A DNA stretch of 64,000 nucleotides, from NCBI GenBank assembly GCA_965140415.1, contig OZ223209.1, forward strand, positions 576,001 through 640,000. The letters run 5' to 3'. Below the pieces are notes generated by a model. It worked only from the letters and a program-made list of their open reading frames with translations, was not told the DNA's origin and did not search any database. Source of the DNA: Myxococcota bacterium. Its GTDB lineage: Bacteria > Myxococcota_A > SURF-8. This document shows, one piece after another, positions 30,755 to 40,336 of this stretch. Position 1 is the stretch's first letter, and every line of letters begins with the position of its first letter. The position numbers and the translations under genes were made by a program.

Positions 30755-32413
30755 ATGCGAAATTCATTACAAAATAAGCTCCAAGCAAGTCGTTATCGCC
30801 GCTGGCTTAACTTATTCTGCCTGGCATGCAGCCTGTGCATCTCTGCCATTTTTGTCACAGCTTGTTTTGAAGAAGAAGGAGGATTGAACGAAAACGAAGC
30901 CCATCCGGGCAATCAACCCACGGGAAACGAGATCGATACCGACGTCAGTTTAAGTGAAGACGGGCGCTACCTTGTGTTACGAGATACTGTAATCGGTGGA
31001 GAAGACGACCTTTATAGCATCGATCTGACGGCGCGCCGCATTTTCCATATGGATGCCTCCCAGGAAGTTGAACGCTTGCTCTTCGGCAATGGCGACCGGG
31101 CCTATTTGCTCGGTACAAGCTATGACTACAATGTCAGATGCGGTGGAGACGAGCAGCAGACCTTCCGTATTCGCTACAAGACCAGGGAAGAAGCCCAGGC
31201 GCGCATTCAAAGCTGGCCCTGGGACTGGGATGATGACGAGGAGGACGACTGGTGTGACGAATACGAGGACTCCTGGGTCGATGAAGTCTCCTTTATCGAG
31301 GAGGTTTCCTTGCAGACCGGGCGACTGCTGGGCACTTACAATTTGCCTTTTGCCGTCACCCTGATGACCATCGACAAGTACGCACATCGTCTCGCGGCCT
31401 GGAATGAAGAAGGCGAGAAATTGATCTGGGTGGATCTGGTTACGGATGAAGTGCATACCCTGAACACGCCCGATCCTATCGTCGATGTCAAATGGGCACC
31501 TAATAGCGGGGACTTAATGGTCGTAGGCGAGTACAGTTCCACCCGTACTTCGTTGATGTTCTTCAATCCGTGCAGTGGCAGGAAATGGACCCGAAAAGTT
31601 CCCAACTGCCCGAGTTCTTTGCAGATTTCTCCAAGCGGACGACTGGCCATGATGTCCCCCACCCATTGCAACGAAGATCCGGTTTCGGTCATCGATTTAG
31701 GCTCGCGGGAATTCTTGATGAACCTGCCCGGTTTCGGCCCGGTGGCCTTTGCAAAGGATGGCCGTTTTGCCCTGGCTTTTGCGCGGCGCAACGATCTGTA
31801 TAACCTGACCGGCATTCAAACGAGCACCGAGTACAGCCTGCTGTTTATCGAAGCTCCCAATTTCAATTATGAAGTCGTCGAATTCGGTGACAACCTGCCG
31901 ATTTATTCGGTTACTCCAAACGGCGAACTCGTGCTGCTCTATTCCGAGACCACCTATTCCTACGACTATCAGAACGTCGTGATTTTCGATACCAACACCC
32001 GTTCGTTGCGCGAAGTGCAAGGCCCGGAAATCGGTCTGCGCAATTTCGTGATCACACCCGACAGCGAAGAGGTCTACACCATCGAAACCGACTGGGACGA
32101 CTTCGACTGGGATAGCTACGATTGGGATAATTACACCACTGAAGATGACTTCTACGACGAAACCGGCTTCGAACCGACCCGGCTTTATCGCATCGATATC
32201 GACGAAGCCGTCAGCGAACGGGTGAATCTGGATTGCAGCCGCCTACAAGGCGCATTGGGCCGCTGCATGCCCGACCGCATCAACATCACGCCTTCGGGCG
32301 AAACGCTGGTGCTGGGATATAGCAGTTTAGGCGATTTCCTGCTGTACGATGTCGCCACGCAGAGCATTACGGATGTGATCGGACTGAGCGCCAGTCGCGA
32401 CCAGATCGAGTGA
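30755..32413 (+). CDS. Beta-propeller (YncE/WD40-like) lipoprotein with acidic-aromatic loops
   Basis: Lipobox VTAC; repeats SEDGRYL, SPSGRLA, AKDGRFA, TPNGELV, TPDSEEV, TPSGETL. Confidence 0.8.
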   Translation: MRNSLQNKLQASRYRRWLNLFCLACSLCISAIFVTACFEEEGGLNENEAHPGNQPTGNEIDTDVSLSEDGRYLVLRDTVIGGEDDLYSIDLTARRIFHMDASQEVERLLFGNGDRAYLLGTSYDYNVRCGGDEQQTFRIRYKTREEAQARIQSWPWDWDDDEEDDWCDEYEDSWVDEVSFIEEVSLQTGRLLGTYNLPFAVTLMTIDKYAHRLAAWNEEGEKLIWVDLVTDEVHTLNTPDPIVDVKWAPNSGDLMVVGEYSSTRTSLMFFNPCSGRKWTRKVPNCPSSLQISPSGRLAMMSPTHCNEDPVSVIDLGSREFLMNLPGFGPVAFAKDGRFALAFARRNDLYNLTGIQTSTEYSLLFIEAPNFNYEVVEFGDNLPIYSVTPNGELVLLYSETTYSYDYQNVVIFDTNTRSLREVQGPEIGLRNFVITPDSEEVYTIETDWDDFDWDSYDWDNYTTEDDFYDETGFEPTRLYRIDIDEAVSERVNLDCSRLQGALGRCMPDRINITPSGETLVLGYSSLGDFLLYDVATQSITDVIGLSASRDQIE

Positions 32414-32512
32414 GTCGACGCACCGGCGACGCCCCTCTCCCGGCTCCCCGCCAACCCCCTCCGGGATAGCGTCCGGTGTTTTTTCCTGGCCTTCCTTTAT
32501 TGGGAAGGTTTC

Positions 32513-32550
32513 GGTCCCCCTTCCATTATTGAAGGGGGACCGCTCCTTTT
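32513..32550 (+). terminator. Probable terminator hairpin
   Basis: GGTCCCCCTTC-7nt-GAAGGGGGACC then short T run. Confidence 0.5.
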
Positions 32551-32602
32551 TACGGTTATAGCCTCTTTTACTCAATTCTATTCATCTCATCTAGTAATCA
32601 TG

Positions 32603-32705
32603 ATGTGCCATGGTCTCACGGAATGGAAATTCCGGGAGGCCGTGTGTAACTTATTGAAGACACACAGCCTTCCACGATCTTCGATCGCGTAAGACTATGG
32701 CACAT
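32603..32705. other. Intergenic multi-branched palindromic element (candidate structured RNA or MITE)
   Basis: 18-bp outer stem (16/18 paired) enclosing three hairpins, one with a GGAA tetraloop. Confidence 0.45.
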
Positions 32706-32946
32706 ATTCTTCAAGTTAGTGGCTGAAAATGACTAATACTACTTAATCTCTCGGTTCCAGCGCCTTACATTGTCATGCTTGCTTTACAGTTCGACCCCAT
32801 CTGCGGTCAGAGTGGCAGTCGAGACGAATTGTTTAATTTTCTTGACGTTTTTGCATTTGCGGTCTTGATTACTTGACGATTTCTCCTGTGCCGCCTTCGG
32901 GCTCTTTCATGCAAGAACAGAAGCTCCGCTTATTTTTGTTACGCAA

Positions 32947-33013
32947 TATCAATCACTTGCCAAACAGAACCAAAACATGCTAGCTTGCCATGTCAGATGG
33001 TATGGAACTTGCT
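32947..33013 (+). promoter_or_regulatory. IHF site plus sigma-54 promoter
   Basis: TATCAATCACTTG (32947-32959) fits WATCAANNNNTTR; TGGTATGGAACTTGCT (32998-33013) fits -24/-12 GG-N10-GC. Confidence 0.75.
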
Positions 33014-33068
33014 TATTCTGTTATCCGTATGGGAACGGTGGGTTTCGAATCGATTGGTGAGAGTCAAG

Positions 33069-35162
33069 ATGAACGCTGTAGAAACCATCTTAAAAAACAG
33101 GCTGCACACGCAATGGGTCGTGCTGTGGCTGATTGCCGCCCTGCTGTTGCTGTTCTCTGGTTGCGGCACGAGCAGTGATTCGGAAAATTCCAGCATGGAC
33201 GACGGCGGCGATTACGATTATTACGAAGAATACGGCAACGACCAAGCTACCGTTGGTGATGGCGATTCGGATTCTCCAGGTATCAGTGACCCGGAAGGAC
33301 CGCTCTCCCCAGCCGACAATGATAAGGGCACGGCCTATGCGCCCATGCTCTCCGACCCGGCTCAACTGACCGAGGTTTTCGGTGAAGAACTGCAAAGCAG
33401 CAACATCGATTACGGACAAAGCCTGCCGGGAAGCTTCGAAGAGCAAGTCCCCTTTGTGCCTTACACCTTCGATGCGCTGGCCGGAGCGCGGGTTACCATC
33501 AGTCTGCAAGTTGCCACTGGCGAGGCGGACCCGGTGTTGTACCTTTACGGCCCCAAATCCAATAACGGGCTCTGGGGAGACGCCTTGGCCGTCAACGACG
33601 ACTACGACGACAGTATCAACGCCCTGATCTTCGATTTCCCCATCTCGCGTAGCGGAAGTTATCTGATTCTGGCGACCCGCTTGGCGTTAACCGATGAAGC
33701 CGCCTTCGAACTTTCACTGGGTTGTCGCAATCTCTGCCAGGAACCTGTCTGCCCCGATTTGACCTGCCAGGGCTATTGCAACGCCGGGCTGCTCTCCGAC
33801 AGCAACGGCTGTACCAGTTGCCAGTGCAGCGGTTCCACATCCAGTTGGAACGGCGGCAATTTGGAAGATCCCTGTTCCTCCGATGACGATTGCAACGACG
33901 AGTTGATCTGTCTGGAAGGTTTCTGTGCGGACGTGGAAGCCCCCTACAACCCCTGCGAATGTCCCGGAATTTACGATCCGGTTTGCGGCCAGGATGGCAT
34001 TACCTACGCCAATGCCTGCGAGGCGGAATGTTACGGCAACACCACTTACAGTGCGGGCGAATGCGAAATCGACGGCGGCTGCACGTTCGATTCCGACTGC
34101 CCGGTCGATGAATTCTGTGTCGATGGTTTTTGCACCGCGCCCGCCGTCGGTTGCGGCTGCGAAGACGAAGAGCCTTTCCCGGTTTGCGGCGAGGACGGAA
34201 TCAGTTATCCTAGCGCCTGTGAAGCCGCCTGCGTCGACGTGGAAATCTGGTACGAAGGCGATTGCGACTGCCGCCCGGTCTGTGCCACGGACGGTCAAGG
34301 CTGGCAGAATTCCTGTACGCTGATGGCCATCAACTCGCAGAACTGCGAAGGCTGTCAGACCGTTTGCCGCAATGGCGGCACGGACAGCGAAGGCTGGTAT
34401 TCCAACTGCGATAACAGCCTGTTGGAACTGGCCGACTGCACCAGCGGCTGTGGTTGCCCCGAAGTGTGGCAGCCGGTCTGCGGCGAAGATGGCGTAACCT
34501 ATGAGAATCTGTGCCAGGCCCAATGCGCCGGAGCCTCGATGCTGTACAGCGGCGAATGCGATTTCTCGCGCGTTGGCTGCCAGAGCGATGACGACTGTCC
34601 CAGTGGATATCTGTGCGATCTTTCCGCTACGGATTGCGTTTCCGACCCGACAGGCTGCGGAGGAATCTGCATTTTGCCCAACGAAGCGTTTGCCTGTATC
34701 AGCGATCTGGATTGTCCCGAAGGACAGGTCTGCGAGTTCTGGTACGGTTCCGCCCAGGGAATCTGTAGCGAAGCCACCGACAGCCAGAGTTGCCAGATCA
34801 CCGGTTGTCACGGCGAACTGTGCCTGTCTTATCCTACGGGTTCTTCCTGTAACACCTACCAGCCGGAATTTGCCTGTCTGGCTTTTACCAGCTGTGAAGC
34901 CGTCAACGGTAGCTGTGGCTGGCAGGCCCTCGGCCCGGAATACGACCAGTGCATGACCGAGATTGCAAACGCCATGACCTGCACGGTCGACCGCGACTGC
35001 ATGGACACGCAATTCTGCCTTCGCGGCGTCTGCACGACCAGCGAATGCGTCTGCCCGACCGAAAGTGCGCCGATCTGCGGTAACGATGGCAACAGCTACG
35101 ACAATGCCTGCTTGGCAATTTGCGCCGGAGTCCAGGTCTTGCACGAAGATGCCTGCCCTTAA
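33069..35162 (+). CDS. Cys-rich lipoprotein: PPC-like domain, antistasin-like motif, four Kazal domains, eight-cysteine-cluster domain
   Basis: Lipobox FSGC; DPVLYLYGP..NDD (PPC-like); CPDLTCQGYCNAGLLSDSNGCTSCQC; four P[VI]CGxDGx[ST]YxxxC; CQITGCHGELC...PEFAC...GSCGW. Start set downstream of the sigma-54 promoter. Confidence 0.85.
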   Translation: MNAVETILKNRLHTQWVVLWLIAALLLLFSGCGTSSDSENSSMDDGGDYDYYEEYGNDQATVGDGDSDSPGISDPEGPLSPADNDKGTAYAPMLSDPAQLTEVFGEELQSSNIDYGQSLPGSFEEQVPFVPYTFDALAGARVTISLQVATGEADPVLYLYGPKSNNGLWGDALAVNDDYDDSINALIFDFPISRSGSYLILATRLALTDEAAFELSLGCRNLCQEPVCPDLTCQGYCNAGLLSDSNGCTSCQCSGSTSSWNGGNLEDPCSSDDDCNDELICLEGFCADVEAPYNPCECPGIYDPVCGQDGITYANACEAECYGNTTYSAGECEIDGGCTFDSDCPVDEFCVDGFCTAPAVGCGCEDEEPFPVCGEDGISYPSACEAACVDVEIWYEGDCDCRPVCATDGQGWQNSCTLMAINSQNCEGCQTVCRNGGTDSEGWYSNCDNSLLELADCTSGCGCPEVWQPVCGEDGVTYENLCQAQCAGASMLYSGECDFSRVGCQSDDDCPSGYLCDLSATDCVSDPTGCGGICILPNEAFACISDLDCPEGQVCEFWYGSAQGICSEATDSQSCQITGCHGELCLSYPTGSSCNTYQPEFACLAFTSCEAVNGSCGWQALGPEYDQCMTEIANAMTCTVDRDCMDTQFCLRGVCTTSECVCPTESAPICGNDGNSYDNACLAICAGVQVLHEDACP

Positions 35163-37402
35163 CGACGAGAGCGCAGCCACCAGCCCAAGGCCGTTACACC
35201 CAACAGCACACCAACATATTGCAGCGTTTTCTCACATCCGATCATGGGAATGAACACCACACCCACCAACAGGACCGCAACCGCTGCCGCTGCATGATCC
35301 AGGAATCTGGCGAAGCCCGCCCAGAAACCGACCTGCTTCGAAGCTTCGTTTGCCATCAGGCTGGCCGCCAGTTGAAAGCCCGCCCCGGCAATTGTGGCCG
35401 TGATTAACAGAACAGCAAACAGCGATGTCGTCGCCACCCACTCTGGCCAGTTGGCGGACAACAGTGGCAAAACCCACCACAGCAGCAGTATCATCCCCGC
35501 AGCCATCAGCGCCAGCCACCTGATCGAAGCCGCCGGATCAGTCGAGCGGGTGGCCCGGCTTTCACCCAGATGCGCCCCCAGCCCCAACCCGGCCATATAG
35601 GCTGCCACCAGTACGCCCAGCCGGTAGTGCAACTGGCCATACGCCATTTGATACACGTTCATCAGCACAACTTCGGTCAGTATACCTCCGGCTCCCAGCG
35701 CACCAATCCACAAACCGCAGAGCAGCCCGGCATCTGCGCGTCTTGCACCCCAAAGAGAAAGCAGCGACCACAGCAGCAGGGCACCAGCCAGTAGAAAATC
35801 AAGATGCGTCTGCAACCACCGCAGCACAGAGAGCAAACCCGGTTCGAAGCGAGCACCATAGAGCGCCATGCTGTATCCCGGAGCACTGGGCGACAGATCC
35901 GTATTGGCTGTAACCTCGCGTTGTCTGACGTTTTCCATCGCCTGATGAAGCATGTCCAGTCTGCTAGCAGAAAGCGCGTCATCGAGCCAGGCGGCATTCA
36001 TCTGTTTCGGTATGATTCCGGCCCGCCGTACATTCGATGCGATTGTCTCTGCATCGGTCGTCAGTTTACCGTCGCTGCAAATCAACCAGTAGCGTCGTAA
36101 AGGTAAAATGGAACAGGTTTCAAATTCCGATGTTGCCGCCATTTCAACACTCGCCAGCAGATCCGCCTCCGGCGCAGAAATGTAATTGGCCGGTTCACTC
36201 AGGCCGACGAGCAGAATTCCGGCGCGATGTTCCCGGCTTTCCCGGCATAATGCCGTATGAGCCAGCGAAAAGAATTCCCGCGTCATCAGGCGACTGGCCA
36301 GAATGCTCCCCGGTTCGCCACCGGGAACGATGAGCAGATCCTGCTCTTTCAGATTCTCGGAGATCAACACACGGCGGGGATCGTCTTCCATTACGATGAA
36401 ACGTCCTGCTGAGTTCTGTTCTTGGCCGCAGTAGCGTGCTTCCCATTCGACGAAGAGTGGATCGGGTTGCACGTATTGAACGGAGAGTTCCGGAAGTTGC
36501 AGTAATCCCTTCGCCGCCTGGGCGGAGCCTTGCAGAACAAGGGCGTGGCTCGAATTGGGATTCTGCCCGGCAGCCAGCACCGCCAATTCCTCCGCCGACT
36601 GCCACTCCCCGCACTGCACCGCCGGACGATGTCCCCGGTAGATCGTGACCTGTTCGCCGTCCTGCACTGCGCCCAGTGTGCCGAAGCGGTTTTCCGCGCG
36701 TGCGATCAAAGGCAGATTTCGCACGGGAGATCCGTAGCGGTCGGGCAATAGCAACGCCGCGACCAGTATTATTCCCGTGACCGATAGCAGGATGACCATT
36801 TGTCGGTGTGAGCGATTTTCCGGCAAGGCAAGCCACGCCAGAAGCGCACACGTCATGACCAGCGACACCCACACCGCATCAGAACCCGCTATATCCAATA
36901 ACCAGGTGGCAAGTACGATTCCACCCAGCGCCGATCCCAACGCTTCCCACAGGCTGACATGTCGCAGCGACTCGCCGAAACGCCGACGTTGCGCGGATAC
37001 GTATAGCGAAAACAATGCACCCAGCGACAAGGCCGCGCCCGACACCGCAATGAATGATGTGAGCGTCGCCAGTAATGGCGAGGCGGAGAATCCGGCAGGC
37101 AGTCCCAGCCAGTCCGGACCACCGCGCTCGGCCAATAGCCAACCGAATAGCGCACCCGCTGGCGTGGCTAAAGACAGGCCGAAAATCCAGCCATGCAGGT
37201 TTTTGACTTGCACGGCCAGTCGCCCGGCTAATAACGCCGCGCTGCCGGTCACCACCAGCCAGGCGCATAAACCGATCCCGATCAGCAGTTCATTGTCCCC
37301 GAAGCGAGATAGCAATGTCCGCAGTAACAGCACCTGCGCAGCCACGGATGCTGCGCCGAAGGCGGCAATGGAGTATGACGACCCTGGCGAACGGGACGGC
37401 AT
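35159..37402 (-). CDS. Membrane-bound spermidine-synthase-like (TM-methyltransferase-TM) protein
   Basis: QVLLLRxLL...GDNELxIG, EALGSALGG, TREFF, NTDLSP, YQxAYGxLH..LGxLVAAYMAGL: layout of fused MFS/spermidine synthase proteins. Confidence 0.8.
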   Translation of the reverse strand: MPSRSPGSSYSIAAFGAASVAAQVLLLRTLLSRFGDNELLIGIGLCAWLVVTGSAALLAGRLAVQVKNLHGWIFGLSLATPAGALFGWLLAERGGPDWLGLPAGFSASPLLATLTSFIAVSGAALSLGALFSLYVSAQRRRFGESLRHVSLWEALGSALGGIVLATWLLDIAGSDAVWVSLVMTCALLAWLALPENRSHRQMVILLSVTGIILVAALLLPDRYGSPVRNLPLIARAENRFGTLGAVQDGEQVTIYRGHRPAVQCGEWQSAEELAVLAAGQNPNSSHALVLQGSAQAAKGLLQLPELSVQYVQPDPLFVEWEARYCGQEQNSAGRFIVMEDDPRRVLISENLKEQDLLIVPGGEPGSILASRLMTREFFSLAHTALCRESREHRAGILLVGLSEPANYISAPEADLLASVEMAATSEFETCSILPLRRYWLICSDGKLTTDAETIASNVRRAGIIPKQMNAAWLDDALSASRLDMLHQAMENVRQREVTANTDLSPSAPGYSMALYGARFEPGLLSVLRWLQTHLDFLLAGALLLWSLLSLWGARRADAGLLCGLWIGALGAGGILTEVVLMNVYQMAYGQLHYRLGVLVAAYMAGLGLGAHLGESRATRSTDPAASIRWLALMAAGMILLLWWVLPLLSANWPEWVATTSLFAVLLITATIAGAGFQLAASLMANEASKQVGFWAGFARFLDHAAAAVAVLLVGVVFIPMIGCEKTLQYVGVLLGVTALGWWLRSRR

Positions 37403-37411
37403 CAGATGCGC

Positions 37412-39103
37412 TTACTTATTGGAATGGTCGGCGTCGCTGAAAATAATCCCCTGGAATTTGAAGATCGTCACGCCCTTGTCCTTCCAGGCGTCCATGGGCA
37501 ATCCGGCTTTCTGGGCGGTGTGCTGGAGGAATTGCTCCCGATCCCAGCACCATTCCACCGGAACTTGAGGTAGCAGCAGACCGCGATACGGACCTTTCTG
37601 CATCATCAAACCGTCGCGACCGATTTGAATCTTGTTGACATCTTCCACCGGTTGCAGGGGAGTCAGCACCGTGACCTCATAGGAAAGCCGTTCCAACTCG
37701 CTTTCATCCACCGGCGGAAAACGCGGGTCCTGACTGGCGGCGGCAATGGCCATATCGCGCACGCACTCCCAAAGCGGGACATGCGCCTCGGTGTGCCCGA
37801 TGCAGCCACGCAGGTTGTTGTCGATTTTCAGCGTAACAAAGGCGGCCCCTTTTTGCAGCAGCAACTCATCCTCGATCTCGAAAGCCGGTTTACTGCGCGT
37901 CACGACGTAGCTGCTCACCGAACGTCGGGCGATGGCCAGCAGGCGAGCCTGTTGTTCCGTACTAAGCGTGTACTCCATCGTATTTCCTTTCTCGCGAAGT
38001 TGCTGCACGGTCTTGGGGGAACGCTGAAACGCCAGCGCCGCATACCCGACCACGCTCTTTTTCTCTCCGAAAGTATCCCCGCTGTTACGCATATCCAGCA
38101 ACAACGGCACTTTCTTTCCCAGTTGCTGCTGAGCCAGGATCATCGACAATACCGGCATCGGTCCGCAGATCTCCACTTTCTTGTCTACGCTCGCTGCCAA
38201 TAGTCCGGGACCGTTCAGGTTTCGAATCAGATCGACAGCGTCTTTGTCCATGCGATTGGCGGTGCGATAGGGATGAAAATGGGATAGATCGGTGGTTGCG
38301 ATAACCAGGGTATCGCGATGAATCGCATAGCGCTGCGCCAATACATCCGCCAGCATCTCCGCCAGGCCGGGATTGCTTTGAATGCCGAACATCAAGGGCA
38401 CGATCTTCGCTTTCGGCAGCACCGTTTGAATGAACGGCAGTTGCACTTCCAGCGAGTGCTCCCCGCCAAAAAGCGAACGCTGCTCCCGAATGAAGGGATA
38501 GCCATCCAACAGTTTGCGCACTTCTTCCACATCGACCGGCAGATCGCCAAGCGGCGTGCGGAAAGCCGGAGCGGTCGTTGTACCGACGGCTTGCAGTTTA
38601 AAGTTTCCATCCGGCGTAAAGGGATCGTGCGTAAAAGCCACCACGACAACGCGGTGGATGTCGCGCCCCTGCAACTGCCGATAAGCGGATGCCGCCACCG
38701 GACCGGAAAACACGTATCCGGCGTGTGGTACGAGAATTCCCCAGAGTTCGCCGATGGTCTGCGGCTTGGCCTTTTCCAGTAAATCACTCACCATGCGGCG
38801 CAGTTCGGTCGCATCGCCAGGATAGAAACCGCCCGCCATACTGGGGAGTATCGGAGGTTCTGCCGGCGTATTCTCTTTTGCGTCATTCGGGGAAGCGGAA
38901 GTAGAAGAAACAGAGTTCGTTGGGGTTGGTTTTTTTGCTTCCGCTGTCGTAGCTGCCAAAGCGGTGTTTCTATTGGCAGTGACTTCCGATTTCTGCGGCG
39001 TAGCCGGAGCTTCGCAGGCAAAACAAAACACAAGCGCCAAGACGGCTAGCAGCGCCGCCCATTTATTAATGTCGATTCGATAGTTGCGTTGTACCCGAGT
39101 CAT
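37412..39103 (-). CDS. amrB: AmmeMemoRadiSam protein B (Memo) fused to protein A (AMMECR1), with lipoprotein signal
   Basis: AGGFYP, VPHAGYVFSG, EHSLEVQLPF, DLSHF, VVGYAA (Memo); GAAFVTL...LRGCIG, DPRFPPV, GLLLPQV, KAGLP (AMMECR1); N-terminal FCFAC lipobox. Confidence 0.93.
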   Translation of the reverse strand: MTRVQRNYRIDINKWAALLAVLALVFCFACEAPATPQKSEVTANRNTALAATTAEAKKPTPTNSVSSTSASPNDAKENTPAEPPILPSMAGGFYPGDATELRRMVSDLLEKAKPQTIGELWGILVPHAGYVFSGPVAASAYRQLQGRDIHRVVVVAFTHDPFTPDGNFKLQAVGTTTAPAFRTPLGDLPVDVEEVRKLLDGYPFIREQRSLFGGEHSLEVQLPFIQTVLPKAKIVPLMFGIQSNPGLAEMLADVLAQRYAIHRDTLVIATTDLSHFHPYRTANRMDKDAVDLIRNLNGPGLLAASVDKKVEICGPMPVLSMILAQQQLGKKVPLLLDMRNSGDTFGEKKSVVGYAALAFQRSPKTVQQLREKGNTMEYTLSTEQQARLLAIARRSVSSYVVTRSKPAFEIEDELLLQKGAAFVTLKIDNNLRGCIGHTEAHVPLWECVRDMAIAAASQDPRFPPVDESELERLSYEVTVLTPLQPVEDVNKIQIGRDGLMMQKGPYRGLLLPQVPVEWCWDREQFLQHTAQKAGLPMDAWKDKGVTIFKFQGIIFSDADHSNK

Positions 39104-39131
39104 GCTCATACTCCCGTTGTCGCACCCTGTT

Positions 39132-39341
39132 TCATCGGGTCTTTTTGCTTTTACGCTTATAGTGCCTAGCAGGATGATCCGAAAGGCTTCCATACGCAAG
39201 CAGATCGCTCAACTCTTGGAGTGATTCGTCTTTACTCGTATGCCGCGTCTTATGCGAATTCAAACCCAGTGTGACCCCCGCAATTCCGGCTAATGCCGTC
39301 TTCAGAAATCCTCTACGATTGCTCGCCAAAAAGCCTTTCAT
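39132..39341 (-). CDS. Small protein with twin-arginine-like signal and GxLSDxPARHY motif
   Basis: SNRRGFLK plus h-region; GGAG RBS; fills the gap between amrS and amrBA; motif shared with 40337-40558. Confidence 0.75.
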   Translation of the reverse strand: MKGFLASNRRGFLKTALAGIAGVTLGLNSHKTRHTSKDESLQELSDLLAYGSLSDHPARHYKRKSKKTR

Positions 39342-39345
39342 AAGT

Positions 39346-40313
39346 TCAACTCCAAACTCCCCGAACCGGAAATCCGCAATGTACGCAATTTCCCTTCTCC
39401 AGATGGTATTCTTTTATCCGGTAGCCGTCACGGACAACCACTACTGTACCACAAGCCGGGCAAAGCGTGTCCTGAAATTCCCTTTCACGCAAATTTCCGA
39501 CGTATACATGTTTCAAGCCGGCGTCTTTGCCACGTGCGCCGCTGCCAGTAACGTTTTTGTCGGTGTGGGCGGTAGATCGGTCAAGCGGTATTGAGGAAAG
39601 AAACGCGAAAAATGCAGCGGGGTTTCTTCGCCCAGCGTTTCCTTGATCCAGGCGCACATCTCGGCGATCATGCCCAAATCGTCATTGGCGGTTGGGACGA
39701 TCAGATTGGTGATCTCCACCAGCATCCCTTGCTTGACCATCGTTTCCAGAGCGTGCATGACCGGCTTCAGGCGGGCGTCGCAATATTCACGGTAAAAGCG
39801 GTCGTCGAAGGATTTCAAATCAACGTTGGCCCCATCGCAGATCGAGCACAGCTCCAGTAACGGTTCATGTTCGATATAACCTGCCGTAACCAGAACGTTT
39901 TTCAAACCGTTTTGTTTGGCCAGTTTGGCGGTGTCGTAGGCGTACTCGAAATAAATAACCGGATCGGTGTAGGTATAGGCAATGGACCGGCAGTGGTTGC
40001 GTTTTGCCGCCTGCACGATGGCCTGCGGGGGCATGTCGGTATTGTTCAGTTCTTCCGGGTCCGCCTGGGAAATACTCCAGTTCTGACAGAACGCGCAGTG
40101 CAGGTTGCAGCCGGCGGTAGCCAGCGAAAAGATCGGCGTGCCTGGAAGGAAGTGGTACATCGGTTTCTTTTCGACCGGATCGATATGCAACGAGCAGGGC
40201 TTGCCGTATACCAGCGTGCGCAGGTTGCCGCTCCGGTTTACACGCACCCGGCAGTTGCCGCGCTCGCCATCGACCAGCTTGCAGCGCTTGGGGCACAGGC
40301 GGCATTCCACCAT
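39346..40313 (-). pseudogene. amrS: AmmeMemoRadiSam radical SAM enzyme, frameshifted near 39527 (pseudogene or sequencing error)
   Basis: CxLCP, DPVEKKP, GCNLHCAFCQN, ANVDLKSF, PLHFSRFFPQY; conserved C-terminus GLKHVYVGN...CPACG...CVHCG lies in another frame. Confidence 0.88.
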
Positions 40314-40336
40314 GGTCGCTTCTTGTTTCTCGCTGC

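Noticed and set aside
32698-32713. TGGCAC as another sigma-54 promoter
   Set aside because: Has TC rather than GC at -12 and is one arm of the palindromic element
33714-35180. 488-aa minus-strand ORF (likewise 18147-19523 and 9876-11165)
   Set aside because: Antisense shadows expected from GC-rich codon bias
39346-40313. AmrS as the maturase of the 60809 peptide
   Set aside because: Belongs to the AmmeMemoRadiSam family, has no SPASM or RRE domain and sits in a separate operon
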